Assembly: GCF_004010195.1 (NCBI RefSeq)
Contig: NC_057718.1
Coordinates: 37,614,007 to 37,678,006 of the forward strand
DNA: 64,000 bases
Source: Chiloscyllium plagiosum
Taxonomy: Eukaryota
Direction of reading: 5' to 3'
A program made the translations under genes and the position numbers. Position 1 is the stretch's first letter. Every line of letters begins with the position of its first letter. The notes below the pieces were generated by a model, which was not told where the DNA came from, made no database searches, and saw only the letters and a list, made by a program, of their open reading frames with translations. Positions 26,131-39,660 of this stretch are shown here, piece after piece.

Positions 26131-28125
26131 TCATTGCTATGGAGAGAGAGGAGGACCTAGTCTGCATTAAGCCACACAATGTAAAGGAGACCTCATTGTG
26201 AGCAGCAAATGCAGCAGATTAGATTGAAAGAAGTGCAAGTAAAACATTTCTTCACCTGAAAGGTATATCTGGGGCCTTGAGTATTAGGAAAAAGGAGGTA
26301 AATGGGTAAGTGTTACACCTTCTGCAGTGGCATGGGAAGGTACCATGTATTACCAAAATATATCTGCTTCTGAACAAATTTTTGGTAACAATGAGGTTGG
26401 ATGGCATGTAAAAACGTAAAAAAGAATCTGAAAACCGTCCTGAACCAATACTTTCACTTCCACTTTTAACAAAGGTAAAACTAGAGGCCAGGTAACCAAC
26501 ATTCTCACAGGAGAAAGATTAATCAGTTACCCATTAGGTGCAAGGCTGCACTCCTCAGCATGAACTATCATTTTCAACTTAATCCTATCCCAGGCCTCAG
26601 GAAACCTCTAGGCTAAAGGGAGGGGAGGACAGGACCTTTCCACATAACTATTGGATTCAGTTTACCTGCATTCCCCATGCCAAGTGATTAGATACCCTCA
26701 CACCAACCCTTCTAATCTCTGCCCAGTACCACCTGGTGTTCTCCCATGCTTTTCAGATCTCCTTCACAAAACATCCAATCTCCTTCATCATTCCACCCAG
26801 TTTAATCTTCTCTTACCACCCATTCTAGTTACCCCATAAGTTGCCCCTTATTCTCAATACTCTAGGAGCAGACTAACTATTCAACGACTCAGACAGTCTC
26901 CCAATCTGTTACAGTGATGGAAAATCAGGCCCAGCCATTAAATTCAGCAGCTTATAAGGAAAGCTTGGCGCTTCCAGATGTCTGCAGCTAAAAGCAATTC
27001 GCTGCTTCCAACCACCCCTGCCCACCTTTAGATTAGATTACTTACAGTCGGTAAACAGGCCCTTCAGCCCAACTTTGCTGTGTTGAGGTAGTGTACTCTG
27101 AACCAGGAAGCCATGGTTCTAATGCCATTTGCTCCAGAGATATTAACATGTTTGAGCAAGTTGATTGAAAATATAAAGGGCTCTATAATTCTACTAAAAC
27201 AGACCTAGATCCCAGTGACTCATTAAAGTGTGAGAAAGCAGTTCAGCAGTGGGTCACTATTTCATTTTTTGAACACTTAGAAATAAATGAGTATGAATTT
27301 TCAAACTATGACAGCAGCTATTAAATATCATTGGCAGAGTCAGCAGCACAGCATCATCATCCTGAATATTTGATATATTAGGGTTTCCAGCTGTTCAGCT
27401 TTGGACCAGACAGTCTGGCTTTTGCGTGAGGTGTCTGGTAATTACAAAGATGCAGAAACTTATTTTCCTACTTCTGTTCTCAAGATGTGAAAGCAGGAGT
27501 TACTAAGGATTTTTCAATGCATGTTCAGTACCAGCCAAACAAAAGTTAGGATTCCAGAGATGATCCAAACCATACTCTGTCCGAAAGTGACCCCACCCCC
27601 AAAGATTGTTATGATTCTGACTGGAAATCAAGCCCCACTGTTCTATTAAAGTCACTCTAAAAGTCAATCACCAAAAATTCACAATTTATTTCTCGCTATT
27701 ACTGTTGACCATAACAAAGAAGACTTTCTACAGGCTTTTTAATAAATTTGAAAGGAATACTTTAATTATATTCAAACTTATATCATCAAACAAGTGGTGA
27801 ACTTGTTCGCAATCGTGTTACAAAGCAAACTAAACTATATCACCCTTAATCTCAAACATTCTCCAACTCATAGACTAACAGGACAGAAACATACAGGACA
27901 CAGTCCTGAGTGATTGTGAGTGCAAATGTAAGGAAAAGCCTATGGATTGAATCCAAACTAGTAGTAATATTCACACAAGTTTATTATTGACAAAATCATA
28001 TTGTTGCAAGTTGCAGAATGATGGAAAATCTTAAGACCAGGCTTCAGATTCCAATCCGAAACTGTTAGCAGCCCTGATACTTGAAACTTTATCAGTTTTA
28101 CTTTGGAAATTACTTTTTCAGTGAT

Positions 28126-28342
28126 TGTAACTAGGTCAGCCAGATTGACTCATGGAATATGAGTTCCCTGATTGGGGTTGTAACCTTGTCCTTTCAGGGA
28201 ACTCTGGTTGACATATAAAAAGGTTGAGTGTCCTTGATGCAGACACTGTAGCGCGTAACTCTGGAAGAGGCAGTACTATTGTCAAAGACTGTGCAACTTG
28301 TAATTAAAAGGTGATTGGTAATAACTTTGCAAAATTATTTCA
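28126..28342 (+). mobile_element. Probable decayed solo LTR
   Basis: TGTAA...TTTCA termini, internal atataaaa and aattaaa signals. No clear TSD. Confidence 0.45.
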
Positions 28343-30618
28343 ACTTTACTGCATCAGATATAAAGAGTGTTGTATTCAGATCTAAACTCTCACCCTTACA
28401 GACTAATACTTCATCCTTGTACTGAAAACTGCCCATTACCTCAGTCCAGGGGGCTATTGTTAAGATGCAGTACCATATATTTATTTGGGCTTTCAGATCC
28501 TTTTGGTCAACAATTAAAGAAATAAAACTCCACCCTTACCTCTCTCTAAAACCTTACTGGACAGAGGTTTTTGAGGTCACTTCATTTTTGTAAATATCAA
28601 ATAGCTCATAGTCACTTTTAGCCTTTTAACTTTGCAGTTCCAAACAATCACATTATAAAATCCAGTAATGTAACCCAGTAATGTCCAAATGTCAATGTTC
28701 CAGGTCTCATAATTCATAAATATGTGTTCCCAACAAGACCGTCTTTTTAGTTCTACTATGCTATTGGTACCTTCTTGGACTATGACAATTGCTTCTTCCC
28801 CCTCCCACTACAAGTTTCTTTCCAGCTCCATGCAGATAGCTGTGTTCAGTTGTCAAGGTATTGTTGACAATGCAAAAGAATCCCTTTTATGAATGCTTCG
28901 CTGGGATCCAAATCCCACAAACATATTCAGCTCAGCAGAGATATTTAGCACAGCTTTCGCAGTGAGCTTTGTTTTATACAGACAGATGCATGAGTTATGA
29001 GTAGAATTATGTTTTGATTGGTGTTGTTTGTTTATTTCAACAGTTTCCTGAGCTCCAAAGAAGATGCAAATTTTAAGGAGGCTTTAAATTGGCTAAATTG
29101 TATATTTTGGAAGTCTCATGATCAAACACTTCAAAGACTTCAAAGAGCTCATGAATTTTGTCCATAGTGGATACTGGACAAGTGAGCATGGAGTAGTATG
29201 GAGGGAACATTGAGGATTATAAAAGGGCATTTTGGATATGTAGAGGATATGGGGTAATGCACAGGCATAGGACATATAAAGTGCATGGAATATGCTGAGT
29301 GGAAGAGACATTGGGTGTGGGTTTGGAGTGATTGGAAAATGAGAAGTGAGAGTGCCTAGCATTTATGAACGAATTAGACCAACACTCCAGGGAACCGAGG
29401 TGCATCTCTTAATCATCTGCCCACTTGCATCCCAATCTCTCTCGCTGCCTCAGGTCTGTTACAGAAATGACAGCCCAAATCCAGACCAGCTCTGCCAATC
29501 CACCATGAAGATAGACTGAGTGTTCACTACTACCCAGCAGACAAAATTGTGACACGACAAATGGCTCACCTCTTAATTACTGCCTTAAACTGGAAAATCC
29601 AATCGGAGAATTCTGTTTCAATCTCATGTTTGCTGCCCATTCTATTGAATACTTCCAGATTTCTCTGATTTTCTTTCAGATTTCCAACATTCACAATATT
29701 CACCATTGTTTTGATTAACAAAATTGTCCGCGTACCATTTGCTATGTGATCAACGGAAATCAGAATGTCTATCCAAACAGCAAGAGTAAAGCTCCAGTCA
29801 AAACTATAAGACCATGCTGAAAAGTTTCTGGACTGTTATATACAGGTGTGAATGAAATCAGGAACAGCCCTGAGGTAAATGCTGAATTTCTTGTCAATTT
29901 CCCAACTTGTTCATACAATAACAAGTTTGGAAGTAATTTTTTCCAACTTTTTCACTTGTATTTTAATTTACTGTACATTGCTGAAGAGATGGAATTGTGG
30001 AATTCTGCCCCAATTATTGGAAAAATGGTAAGGTATTCAAGCAAGCCAGCTAGACCATTGTTGGCTTTAACCTCAGAGGGAACAAATAGGAAAAGTGCTG
30101 CATCAGTTGTACTGAGCCTTATTCAAACCCTACCTGGATTATTGAGTCAAGACTAATGTTCTTGCATTCTTGCAGAGATGTACAGATTTTAGAGAGGTGA
30201 CAATGCAAATTACTGAAAGATACTTGAGCGTAAGAATTTAAATTATGACAAGCTGCATAAACCTGGCTTGAAATCTCTAGAGTTTAGAAGTTTGAGGTCA
30301 ATCTAATGAAGGCGCTTAAAATGAAAAAAATATTTGACAGCCTAGACAGAGAAAAATTATTTCCTCAGGTTTGGAAATACAACACCAAGATTCAAAGACA
30401 CAAAGATCACAATTTTAAAATGAACTGCGTCTGCTGATACCCAGGAGCATGGCAAAAGCAGCAAAATGTCTGAAATGAATCGAATTCAAGAGTGATAAAA
30501 ACCTTAACAAACACTGAAGAATGAAAAAAACGAAAATGTATTGTGGTGAAGAGAAAAAGAAATCTGTTATAAAATTAGGATTTTTTAGAATAATTGCAAA
30601 CAACATCTTTAAATTGTG

Positions 30619-30857
30619 AAAAAATGCTGGAAAATCTCAGCAGCTCTGGCAGCATCTGTAAGGAGAGAAAAGAGCTGACGTTTCGAGTCTAACTGACCCT
30701 TTGTCAAAGCTAAGGCCCTAGCTTTGACAAAGAGTCAGTTAGACTTGAAACGTCAGCTCTTTTCTCTCCTTACAGATGCTGCCAGACCTGTTGAGATTTT
30801 CCAGCATTTTCTCTTTTGGTTTTTTTCAGATTCCAGCATCCACAGTAATTTGCTTTT
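30619..30857. mobile_element. PLE family B near-perfect hairpin insertion with 14-bp TSD
   Basis: Inverted arms of about 94 bp around an aggccc loop; atctttaaattgtg at 30605-30618 and 30858-30871. Confidence 0.9.
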
Positions 30858-30929
30858 ATCTTTAAATTGTGTATGCTCATGCACAGTCTAACAAAATGAT
30901 GAGCAATGCAGTCAGAGTTTATTATTAGG

Positions 30930-31560
30930 TTTGATGTTCACAACATGGTCTCCTCCACACTGGAGAGATGAACAGATTTGGACGACCACTTTGCAGAATA
31001 CCTATGTTCAGTCCACAAAAATGACCCTGAACTTCCAGTTGCCTGCCATTTCAACACACTACCATGTTCCTTGGCCAACATCTCTGTCTCAGGCTTGGTG
31101 CAGTGCTCCAGTGAAGCTCAGTGCAAGCTGAAAGAACAACATATCATTTTCTGCTTGGAAACCCTGCGGCCTTCAGGACTCAATATTGAGTTCAATAATT
31201 TTAGGGCTTCAGAACCTTCTCCCATGTCCTTATCCCGACCCTCACACACCAGGCCCTGTCATCACATGGACTGCTACCACAAACAACCCATTGTCAGCCA
31301 CTAACGGACCCTGTTAACAGCTGTTCGTTCTCCCAGTCTGACCTTCAACTTTGTCTTTCTGACTGTTTTTCTCCCTCCTCCTCTCTTTTACTCCTATCCC
31401 CTCTCCACATACCTTCTCGAGCTTGTATACCAACCTTTTCCTGGCTGCTATCAGTTTTGAAGAAGGGTCACTGGAACCAAAACGTTAACTCTGATTTCTC
31501 TCCACAGGTGCTGCCAAACCTTCAGAGTTTTTCCAGCAATTTCTGATTTTGTTTTGATTA
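30930..31560 (+). mobile_element. PLE family B 3' fragment with GIY-YIG remnant
   Basis: DHFAEYLCSVHKNDPELPVACHFNTLPCS...KLKEQHIIFCLETLRPSGLNIEFNNF, then a terminus with ttgaagaagggtcactggaaccaaaacgtt. Confidence 0.8.
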
Positions 31561-33904
31561 TTGGATGGTTGGTATCAACAGCACAATTGTAAAATTAGAT
31601 CTCCACTATCAGAATCTGGTGTGAAGTCATAATTACTTGTAGGTGCTTCTGACCAGCAAGCCTTGGTGGTATGATATTTTAAAGGATGCATTTTCCTGTG
31701 CTCATTTTTCTGAAAAAAAAGTGTAGACTTGGATATAAAGCAGCTTTTGAATAACTAGAGGCGATTGGAATAGATTTTACAAGGTAGTACTGACAGCACA
31801 GAGCTATGCACAGCAGGAGTGTATGTTGATTCGTTGACTATGGAGGTCAACATACCTGAATTCCCAAAAATGCAATCCTGTTACATAAAGTTTTGCAGCA
31901 GGAGCACTAATTTGTAAAATCGACGCAGATACCCTTACTGATTTTACCTACTGAGCACACAGACACCCCAAGTGAATGATTTAGGCTTGCTTTGCAAACA
32001 GAGATGATCTGTCTAATAGTGAAGCTGGCTCTGCTAAATTAAATAGAGACAAATAAGGGTCAATTTTCAGGTCCATGAGGGGCCTAGACAGGATGTGAAC
32101 AGAGTAAGGTTTGAATATATCTGACGTGAGGAGAGCTGACACTACCAAACTGCCAGGGTCAACTAAATCTGACTGTGCTAACCGAGCCACAAGTCTGTAT
32201 GGAGCAGAACAGCTGCTGATCAAGCTGGTCAGGAAGGTTTGTATAAGTACAGCATAGTGGTTTAAAAAAGACTGAAAGCATTCCAAATTACCCATTTTAA
32301 AAGACTGCAAAATATTAAATATTGTTAATTCAGCCTTTTGAAAGGCTCTCTGGAGCACTGGTATTGGTTAAAAAATCCAGTAGCTAGCAGAGAAAGTGTG
32401 TCAAACAAGAAATGTAATTGATTGAATAGTGAGTGGAACTGCACTTAAACATTGTCTTCATTAGCTGAAGCTGGCAATGCAGTGCTGTATGAATTGGGGA
32501 CAAAGTGGATGGTTTTGTTTGCTATTCCAGATTACCCTATTCAAGTGCTAGCTATTCCAAACGTCTGGAAGGAGAAGACAGAGGCCAGATTAAACACTGT
32601 GCATAAACCAGACATCAGGAGTTAAAATGTGCAAGGATATGACACATTTAAATGAAGCTGCCAAGGTAATCCTGTTGCTGGTTTCAAATATTTGTCTTAA
32701 GTGTACATTCCACATGGTTTTCCAGCAATCTGTTATATATTTGCTGTCAAGCCCTTACACTGCCTCACAGCTTTGTCATTGCTGATCAGATATAGGGGCA
32801 CAGATCAAAGCCTCAGCTAATCATCAATAACCTTGTCCACTGAAATCTACAATCAAATGAGCAAGATTCATGTGGTGTAAACTGAAGGAGTATCTACACA
32901 GCAAAAAATATGCATAACGTTGTCAGAGTACATGTACATGAGAAGAGTTTTCTCAACCTACAACATCTTAAAGCTGCTTTTTCACTTGCACCTGCAGAGA
33001 GGCAATGGAACTGAATTGGTGAAGAATGTAAGGTTCCTGAGTAATTGTCTGACATGAAAAAGGCCACAGATGAGTCTTGTTAAAAGAGCAAGAACTGGCA
33101 TCCAAAGTCCATGATAGGCAAACAAATAGAAAAAGAATAGTAAAAGGAGGAATGTGACTGATTAGGGAACTAAAAAGAGTTTTTAAACAGGGCTGGCAGA
33201 GGGAATAATCATGTACTTTGCATTTGGCATTATTAAGGAAGAAGATGGAGGGAATATTTACAAAGTAAATAAGGCTATTTAAAATGAGTCCATTGGTTCT
33301 CCTGCCTCCCCCATTTCCAACAAATCCATTTCTCTAACAGCAGAAAGGATTGAGTGCAGGTATCTGAATTCAGTGGTTCCATTTGAACGTAGTGCTGAGT
33401 TCAGACAGTTTTGGCGTTTTCGAAAGTCCACTACTAACATTCTTCAAGAATGGTTAATGTCCACGTAACTGTCAAGCGTTTTTTTAAATCTCTGGCTCTT
33501 CAAACTTTAAGAAAGGCCACTTCTGTTGCTGGGTCTTTAAAGAAAAAGCCACTGTTGGATTGCTTTGATTGACAAGCAATTCCCTGAAGGTTTTAAAAAA
33601 AATAGCAATAGCCATGCAGTTCCAACGGAGTTGTTTGCTGACATTTCTCCAAGGGCTATTAGATTTTTTAATATGAGTGTCCAGCATTGTTTCAAACTCT
33701 ACAATTATCTCAGCAAGATGTTCTGAGTTCACAGTTCAATTGAAAGATTAAAGAAGTTATTAAAGGATTAGTTGCCTTTGACATGGACTTTGATTTAGAG
33801 TTTATTTCTTATATGAGAAATGAACTTCTTGAGATAATTTGAAAGTTTTGAGTGTATTTATGAATGGGAGCTTTGTTTTGCTATCAAATATTTTTGAGTA
33901 AGAA

Positions 33905-34120
33905 TGATAACAAATCAGAAATTGCTGGAAAAACTCAGCAGGTCTGGCAGCATCTGTGGAGAGAGAGCAGAGTTAATATTTTGGGTCCAGTGATCCTTCT
34001 TCAGAATTGGTCACTGGACTCAAAATGTTAATTCTACTTTCTCTTCACAGATGCTGCCAGATCTGCTGAGTTTTTCCAGCAATTTCTGATTTCCAGCAAC
34101 CCTCGTTCTTTGGTTTGTTT
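33905..34120. mobile_element. PLE family B hairpin, older
   Basis: atcagaaattgctggaaaaactcagcaggtctggcagcatctgtg and its reverse complement at about 34045-34091. No clear TSD. Confidence 0.75.
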
Positions 34121-35267
34121 TTGTCCATCAGCGCAATATTCCATTGCTATTAGTTAATTGTTTTCATCACTTATGGTTCCTGAAGTCAGTCCATGGTAGA
34201 TATTAGGTGTGTTGGTACTGGGTTGGCTTGTAGAGTCTGAACAGAATAGACAAGGAGAGTCAGTTCCTTATGATGAAAAGATCAAGAACCAAAGGTCACC
34301 ATTAAAAATGATTGACTAATGAAGCAAAGTTAATATGAGAAATTATTTATTTGCACAGAATATGTTTAAGAACTGGAAAGCAACTCAACTATTGCCCCCA
34401 GCATGCCATTTCCATGAAGCACTGTTCATTTTTACTCTTTGGATAATTCTTCAATTCTCTTGATTGAATATATTTCCATCACACCATAACAGAGTGAAAT
34501 GTCAAAAAGACAACCAGACTACAAAAGGTTAACAAAAGTCACAGAGCACAAGGGTAACGAGACCTACAATCTGGGGAGCGAGATCATGATCATAGGAAAA
34601 ACTCTACCACTGAGATCATATAAAACAGATCAAGGGATAATGAGAACAAATGGTCTTTCAGTGATATAATTGAATGAGAAATTAATAGGATTGTGGACCT
34701 ATTTCTCAGAAGAAAAAGAACCAGAAAGACCTACAACCACTTAGGACAGAAACACTCAAACTAAAGTAAGGCACAAAATGTCCTAGACTACAGAATTAAA
34801 GCAGATCAGATAGACTGGTCAATGCATCATAGGGACTGACTCTATAACGTCTGAGAATTTGCTGAGAGACGTTTATATGGAGAATAATAACTGGGTGGGA
34901 GATGTAAAGTAATGGGATGAATATCAGCAGAATGTATAATGAAGATGCGCAATTATATACTAATAATGTCAATGCCAGATGATTATACAGAGGGACTTGG
35001 AAGAGAACAGAAGCTCAAGCTGAGAGAATGTGTGTATAGATTGAGCTGTAAATAAAGAGTTCACGCAGAAACTACAAACACTTAAGAAGCAGTTTTAGGG
35101 AACTGAAGTATACCCTACACACACAACAAAACAACAGAAGACTAAATCTTTTAAATTTCTCTTAATTGTAATTTACTGCACTCACACATTCAGTTCCTGA
35201 GACTCATCTGTTTCTCTGCATGAAGTTTATGTTAATAAGCTGAATGTAGAAAATTGCAGTAAATTGT

Positions 35268-35471
35268 AAAAAGTGAGGACTGCGGATGCTGGAGATCAGA
35301 GTCAGGAGTGTGGTGCTGGAAAAGCACAGCAGGACAGGCAGCATCAGAGGAGCAGGAGAATCGACGTTTCAGGCAAAAGCCTTTCATCAGGATTCCTGGA
35401 TGCCCGAAAAGTCAATTCTCCTGCTCCTCAGATACTGCCTGACCTCCTGTGCTTTTCCAGCACCACATTCT
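35268..35471. mobile_element. PLE family A hairpin
   Basis: Inverted arms joined at the hammerhead-like segment. TSD not clear. Confidence 0.8.
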
Positions 35472-36279
35472 CAGCAATGTAATTGAATGCAAAAATTCTA
35501 AGTTGCCTCAATTTTGAGGAGTTACAAAATTATTCCAGTTTAAACTGTGCCAAAAGTGAAGCGACTAAGCCCCTGCTCCCTTCAGCGATAGTTCAGAATC
35601 AGAGTGAGCAGGATCAATTAAACTCTTCTTCCCATCTGTAAGTCACATTTGGCCAAAACCAAATGATAGGATCATTCAGAGGAGACTGACGCTAGTCAGG
35701 CCATCATGGCCTGTGCAGGCACTTTGAAAGCCCAATCCAGTTAGTTCCATTCTCTGGCTCTTTCCCCATAGCCCAACAAATATTTCCTGTTAAGTATTTA
35801 TCTAATTTCCTTTTGAAAGTTACTATTGAAACTGCTTTAACTACCCTTTCAGGCAATGCATTCATGTAGAACATAGTTGAATTCATCCGTACTTCCCAGT
35901 TCAGGTCATATGCATGTCGTGTGTGCATGTGTGCTCTGCTGAAGAGCCTACAGATGCAGAGTATGAATGTTTTCAGCATTTTCAGCTTCAGTTTTATGAC
36001 TTCTTTGTGCCTGCTCCTTATGTTTGTAATTGAGGGTCTATCCTAACATCAATAATCTCAAAACTATTCCCTACATTATTATGTCAATTGCTCCTTATAA
36101 ATTACCTCACAGTCTCTGGATAGTTCTTTATCTTTTTTTTTCTTTTTCTCTCATTATTTCCCTCCAAGTAATATAAAATCAGATTTGCAACTAATTCTTT
36201 TTCATTGTAAAACTTGGTTGAGCAATATAGTACGTGCAATTTTAAAACATAAACTTTAGCAAAGTTTTAAAGCTAGTAG

Positions 36280-36877
36280 ATTTGAGTTGTGGCTCAGATA
36301 CTTTTACATCAAAGTGTTGTGGATTTAGTTTCCACTCTAGGTTTTCAGCACAACATACAAGTTTGGTATCAGGATTAGAATGGTGCTAAAAAATTGTGCT
36401 ATTCCTGATGAAGGGCTTTTGCCCGAAACATCGATTTTCCTGCTCCTCACGTGCTGCCTGACCTGCTGTGCTTTTCCAGCGTCACTCTAATCTTGACTCT
36501 AATCTCCAGCATCTGCAGTACACACTACTACAAGTTTGGTACTCCAGTGCAGTATGCTGCTTTTTGGGTTAGATGTTAAACCAAAGTCCTATCTCCTCTC
36601 TCAGGTCAAAATAATAGCACCCCATAGCATTATTTCGAAGAAGTGTGAGAGAACTATCTAGTGTCCTGGCCAATATTTATCCTTCAAACAATAGCACAAA
36701 AACACATGATTTAGTCAATGTCACAGTGCTGTTTGTGGGATCTTTCTCTTTTCAAATTGACTGTCATGTTTCCAATGTTATAACAGTGAACATGTTTGGA
36801 AAGTACTGCATTAACCATAAACTGCCTTGCAATATCCATTGGTTGTGAAAGCTGCCATATAATTGCAAGATTATTTT
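36280..36877 (+). mobile_element. Deu-domain SINE (SacSINE1/AmnSINE1-like), interrupted by a PLE terminus
   Basis: ccccatagcattatttcgaagaag...gtgtcctggccaatatttatcc...gctgtttgtggga...gtgaaagctgccatataattgcaag resembles the Deu domain and tail. Recognised from memory, not searched. Confidence 0.7.
36369..36528. mobile_element. PLE family A asymmetric hairpin with 13-bp TSD
   Basis: tacaagtttggta at 36356-36368 and 36529-36541; core CTGATGA-A-GGGC(TTTT)GCCC-GAAAC-ATC at 36405-36432. Confidence 0.85.
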
Positions 36878-38410
36878 AGGCCTACCTACAAGAATCTGTT
36901 TAATGATATCTAGTAAAGCCTATGATTAATGTTACTGGAAACATCCATTAAGCATATGTCAGAAATATTTGCTGCTTTATCATGTGAAATGAATCCAGTC
37001 AAAGCGGAATGCAGGATGAATCAGATTTGCATTTCATTCTGCAATATCACTAATTCTCCATGACTTCAATTGACCCATCATACTAATTAAACAGCTCAAT
37101 ATTTTGATAGAGGTGACTTTCATTCAAAGTTGCAATGGCAGGCTAAGAAGGTAGCTGGAGATTGGAGGACTGTGACATGAAAGAGAAAACTGAACTGAGG
37201 CAGGCAGAAGAGATGGCAAGGCCATAATTAGATTAAAAAGGATTTAATAAAGAGAACAAACCATTGCACTTTTAATCAGGCTAAGGATTATTCTAGTGCA
37301 TTTATTATGATTACATTCCACTAAATTTCAAGGCAGTACAGCTGGAACTTAAAGTGATCACATTCCAGAGTGACTTAGCAGCAATGGGTCATTCTTAATG
37401 CAAGACTTCAGTGTCTGACACTTTTATAATAAGATTTCAAATAAATCATGATCAATACAATTTAAGTTACCATTCTGTCAGCTTTTATTGCACAGGCTAA
37501 TTGTCTTTATAGTTTCTCCATAAATTAACTGAAGTGGATTTGCCTCAGATAAGAATGTATCCATTTGTTTTATAAAGTTATAATGAGTCCTTCCTCACAT
37601 GAGACTTATGACAGTAATTTGATTTATTTCTTAAAGAAAATCTATGTTAGCTGATTCTGGAGTCCATGAAGGTTTGGACTTGCATGCCTCTATGTGCTGC
37701 CACATGCATTTCAATTTTTTATGATGACCGACAATGGTAAACAATTTGCTGAGGAAACCTATGTTTCATGTAATATAAATATGCACCAAAATTTAATTTT
37801 TCTGAAATTTTACAGGATCTGTGCTGAGGCTGATGAGAAATTTCAGGTTCTCATGCCGTTCAGTACATTTCAATCTTCACTTCTGAAGAAGAGTCATACT
37901 GAACTTGCAAAGTTAAATCAGTATGTCTCTCCACTGATGTTGTAGACCTGCTGAGTTTCTCCAGTATGGTTTTATGTTAGTTCCATATTTCCAGCATCCA
38001 CAGTATATTGCTTCCATTACATTTAGAACTTTGTTCAGTAAGAACTTTGGTTCTGAGGATCTTTGGGGCAGAATCCTGGCATCACATATGGCTTTCCACT
38101 GCTCATGCTTCCAGAGTTAGCACGATCAAAAGAACCGCACCTGAATTGTATAAAGATGGTCAAATACAAACATTACAGTAAGAGGCTCTTGTGGCACAGT
38201 GGCAATGTCCCCACCTCTGGGTTCAATCCCCATCTGCTTCAGAGTAACATCTCCGAACAAGTTTATTACAAAATATAATACACATCATTGTATCCACTCC
38301 TGAACCGGCCAAGTTGAAGGAAAACCTGTTGACCAGGCAAGCAGAGGTTGAGAAAATAGAAATGTATAGGGTGACTTATTGGTAAAATTGATGGATTCAC
38401 ACAGATCAGA

Positions 38411-39461
38411 AAGTCCCAGATGGCTTCCTTCTTCCATGAATGCAACTTCCCTTCCTACGTGATTGACAAAGCCCTCCAGAGCATCTCCTTCACTTCATGC
38501 ACTACCACTCTTGTACCCCACCCCTCCCAACACAACAAGGACAGAACCCCTCGGTCCTCGCCTTCCACTTCACCAACCTCCACATACATCAGATCATCCT
38601 CCGCCACTTTCGCCACCTCCAAACAGACCCCACCACCAAAGATATATATTTCCCTCCCCATCTCTATCTGCGTTCCGGAGAGACCATTCCCTCTGCGATT
38701 CCCTCATCAGGACCACCCCCCCTACCAGCCCACACCCCAATCCTGGCGCCTTTCCCTTCCCCCGCAGGAAGTGCAAAACCTGCACCCACACCTCCGTCCA
38801 AGGCCCCAAGGGATCCTTTCACATCCATCAGAAATTTACCTGTACCTCTACCAACGTCATCTACTGCATCTGTTGTACCCAGTGTAGTCTCCTCTACATT
38901 AGGGAGACAGGATGTCAACTTGCGGATCGTTTCAGAGAACATCTCTGGGACACCTGCACCCACCAACCCCACTGCGCCGTAGCTGAACACTTCAACTCCC
39001 CCTCCCATCAAGGACATGCAGGGCCTGGGTTTCCTCCACTGTCAAATCATTACCACCCGGCATCTAGAAGAGGAACGCCTCATATTCTGCCTTGGGACCT
39101 TGCAACCACACGGGATAAATGTGGATTTCAACAACCTCCTCATTTTCCCTCCACCCACATTATCCCTGTCCTAAGCCTCTAACTCGGCACAGCCCTCCAG
39201 ACTCGTCCATCACTCCCTCTCCTCCGACCTATCACCTTCTCCCTCACATTCATACATTAATTGCTTTCTCAGCTACCTCACCCCAACCCCAACTCCCTCC
39301 CATTTATCTCTCAGCCCCGGCCCACAAGCCTCATTCCTGATGAAGAGTTTATGCCCGAAATGTCGATTCTCCTGCTCTTCGGATGCTGCCTGACCCGCTG
39401 TGCTTTTCCAGCACCACACTCTCGACTCTGATCCCCAGCATCTGCAGTCCTCACTTTCTCC
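38411..39461 (+). mobile_element. 5'-truncated Penelope-like element (probably Neptune-like; family A master type) with GIY-YIG endonuclease remnant
   Basis: AFRRDHSLCDSLIR...RRKCKTCTH...FTCTSTNVIYCICCTQCSLLYIRETGCQLADRFREH...VAEHFNSPSH (Cys-rich linker plus GIY-YIG), followed by the family A terminus. Confidence 0.9.
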
Positions 39462-39660
39462 TGATTCCTGCAGGTGGTAGGCTTTCAAGTAAAGAATGTG
39501 GCAGCAGAGAAGCAGGAAAATACAAAGAGGACATTTTAAAGCACTGTGTCAGAGCAAGAAGCTTACATTTCAGAAACAAAAAGAAAAAAAGGTTTCCAAA
39601 ATCCAAAGAATTTCAAGATGTTGATTATCTCAAGGTGCCATGTGTGGGCAAGAGACCAAT

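Larger units (their letters stand above)
25345..26345 (-). mobile_element. PLE family B fragment interrupted by the gap and an HE1 piece
   Basis: Minus-strand ANISIMACFQCSNKAQHKFQEEHLII...ELNIEFQNF parallels ANISVSGLVQCSSEAQCKLKEQHII...GLNIEFNNF at 30978-31304. Confidence 0.7.
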
